Shown: positions 62,585 through 64,000 of the stretch, in pieces
Layout: each line of letters opens with the position of its first letter
How positions within the stretch are numbered: the first letter of the stretch is position 1
Assembly (NCBI GenBank): GCA_963752025.1
Contig: CAVVWY010000016.1
Location: 75,579 to 139,578, forward strand
Direction of reading: 5' to 3'
Length of the DNA stretch: 64,000 nucleotides
Origin: an uncultured Alphaproteobacteria bacterium
GTDB lineage: Bacteria; Pseudomonadota; Alphaproteobacteria; Sphingomonadales; Sphingomonadaceae
Notes under the pieces: model-generated
The model's input: the letters and a program-made list of their open reading frames with translations, nothing else
What the model was told of the DNA's origin: nothing
Databases searched by the model: none
Position numbers and translations under genes: made by a program

Positions 62585-62847
62585 GAGAAGCGGCTGGTCC
62601 GCGTCGAGCTCCGACGCAACGAACGGCCCGCGTCGCTCTTCGCCGCGGTCGCAATCGAGCCATCGACTGGTACCGCGAGGGTGCGCTCCGGCGTCGCGTC
62701 TACAAGATGCAGCTGAAGGCAGAGGACGAGGAGCGGGCCGAGGGGAAGCGCCGCGAGGAGGAACCGAAGCGCGCTTATGACGAGAAGCTCGAGCGGATGT
62801 TCGATAGGGCCCAAGCCATGCAGGCGCAGGGCATCCGCAGCCTGTGA
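62585..62847 (+). pseudogene. 3' fragment of a charged helical hypothetical protein
   Basis: ...RAIDWYREGALRRRVYKMQLKAEDEERAEGKRREEE...IRSL*; no clear 5' end. Confidence 0.35.
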
Positions 62848-62853
62848 ACGCCT

Positions 62854-62877
62854 AACGTCAGGGTCGAAAGAGCCGCT
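62854..62877 (+). repeat. Palindromic repeat family copy (left arm shortened)
   Basis: AACGTCA-GGGTCG-AAAGAGCCGCT. Confidence 0.5.
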
Positions 62878-62905
62878 CACGGCGACCTTAGTGCCCCTAA
62901 CCTGT

Positions 62906-62920
62906 GTTCTCCTCTTGTTC
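62906..62920. promoter_or_regulatory. Alphaproteobacterial LexA SOS box of recA
   Basis: GTTC-tcctctt-GTTC, followed by a degenerate GAAC-N7-ATAC. Confidence 0.85.
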
Positions 62921-63018
62921 GATGAGAACAAATAGAATACGAAATGCATATGGAAGCGGAGTTCGGCCGCTGATGACTGCGCATTTGGGCGCTTGCATTG
63001 ACGAGGGAGACAGGGGAC

Positions 63019-64000
<982 letters not shown>

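Overview
GC-rich Sphingomonadaceae-like alphaproteobacterial chromosome segment. Scattered single-base indels split even recA and clpP, which is most likely long-read assembly error. Layout: (1) 1-7.4 kb, a xylose/beta-glucan locus with xylX, two GH3, a GH5, an oxidoreductase and two LacI-type operators. (2) About 8-26 kb, an accessory region ending at the 3' end of tRNA-Lys(CTT). It holds PilZ and winged-HTH genes, an EAL remnant, a chaperone-usher fimbrial cluster with CtrA boxes, two PEP-CTERM proteins (one haloperoxidase/PAP2-like), DUF1993 and many small ORFs. (3) 26-64 kb, mostly core genes: mreBCD-mrdA-rodA, mutL, fluoride riboswitch-crcB-ppa, ilvC, miaA/serB, a ParA-RHH-SPOR cluster, pyrB, ruvX, msrB, gatCAB, an alkaline phosphatase, tRNA-Leu, tig, a TonB-dependent receptor, clpP and recA. 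The most unusual signal is a family of about 28-bp imperfect palindromes with 11-6-11 geometry (consensus read by eye: ATGTCCGCTTT-C(C/G)ACCC-ATTGCGGACAT). Roughly 15-20 decayed copies were seen, only between accessory genes, often in direct orientation and often stacked at a 33-35 bp period. This suggests a recombinase-driven gene-cassette system (inference; no recombinase gene lies in the window).
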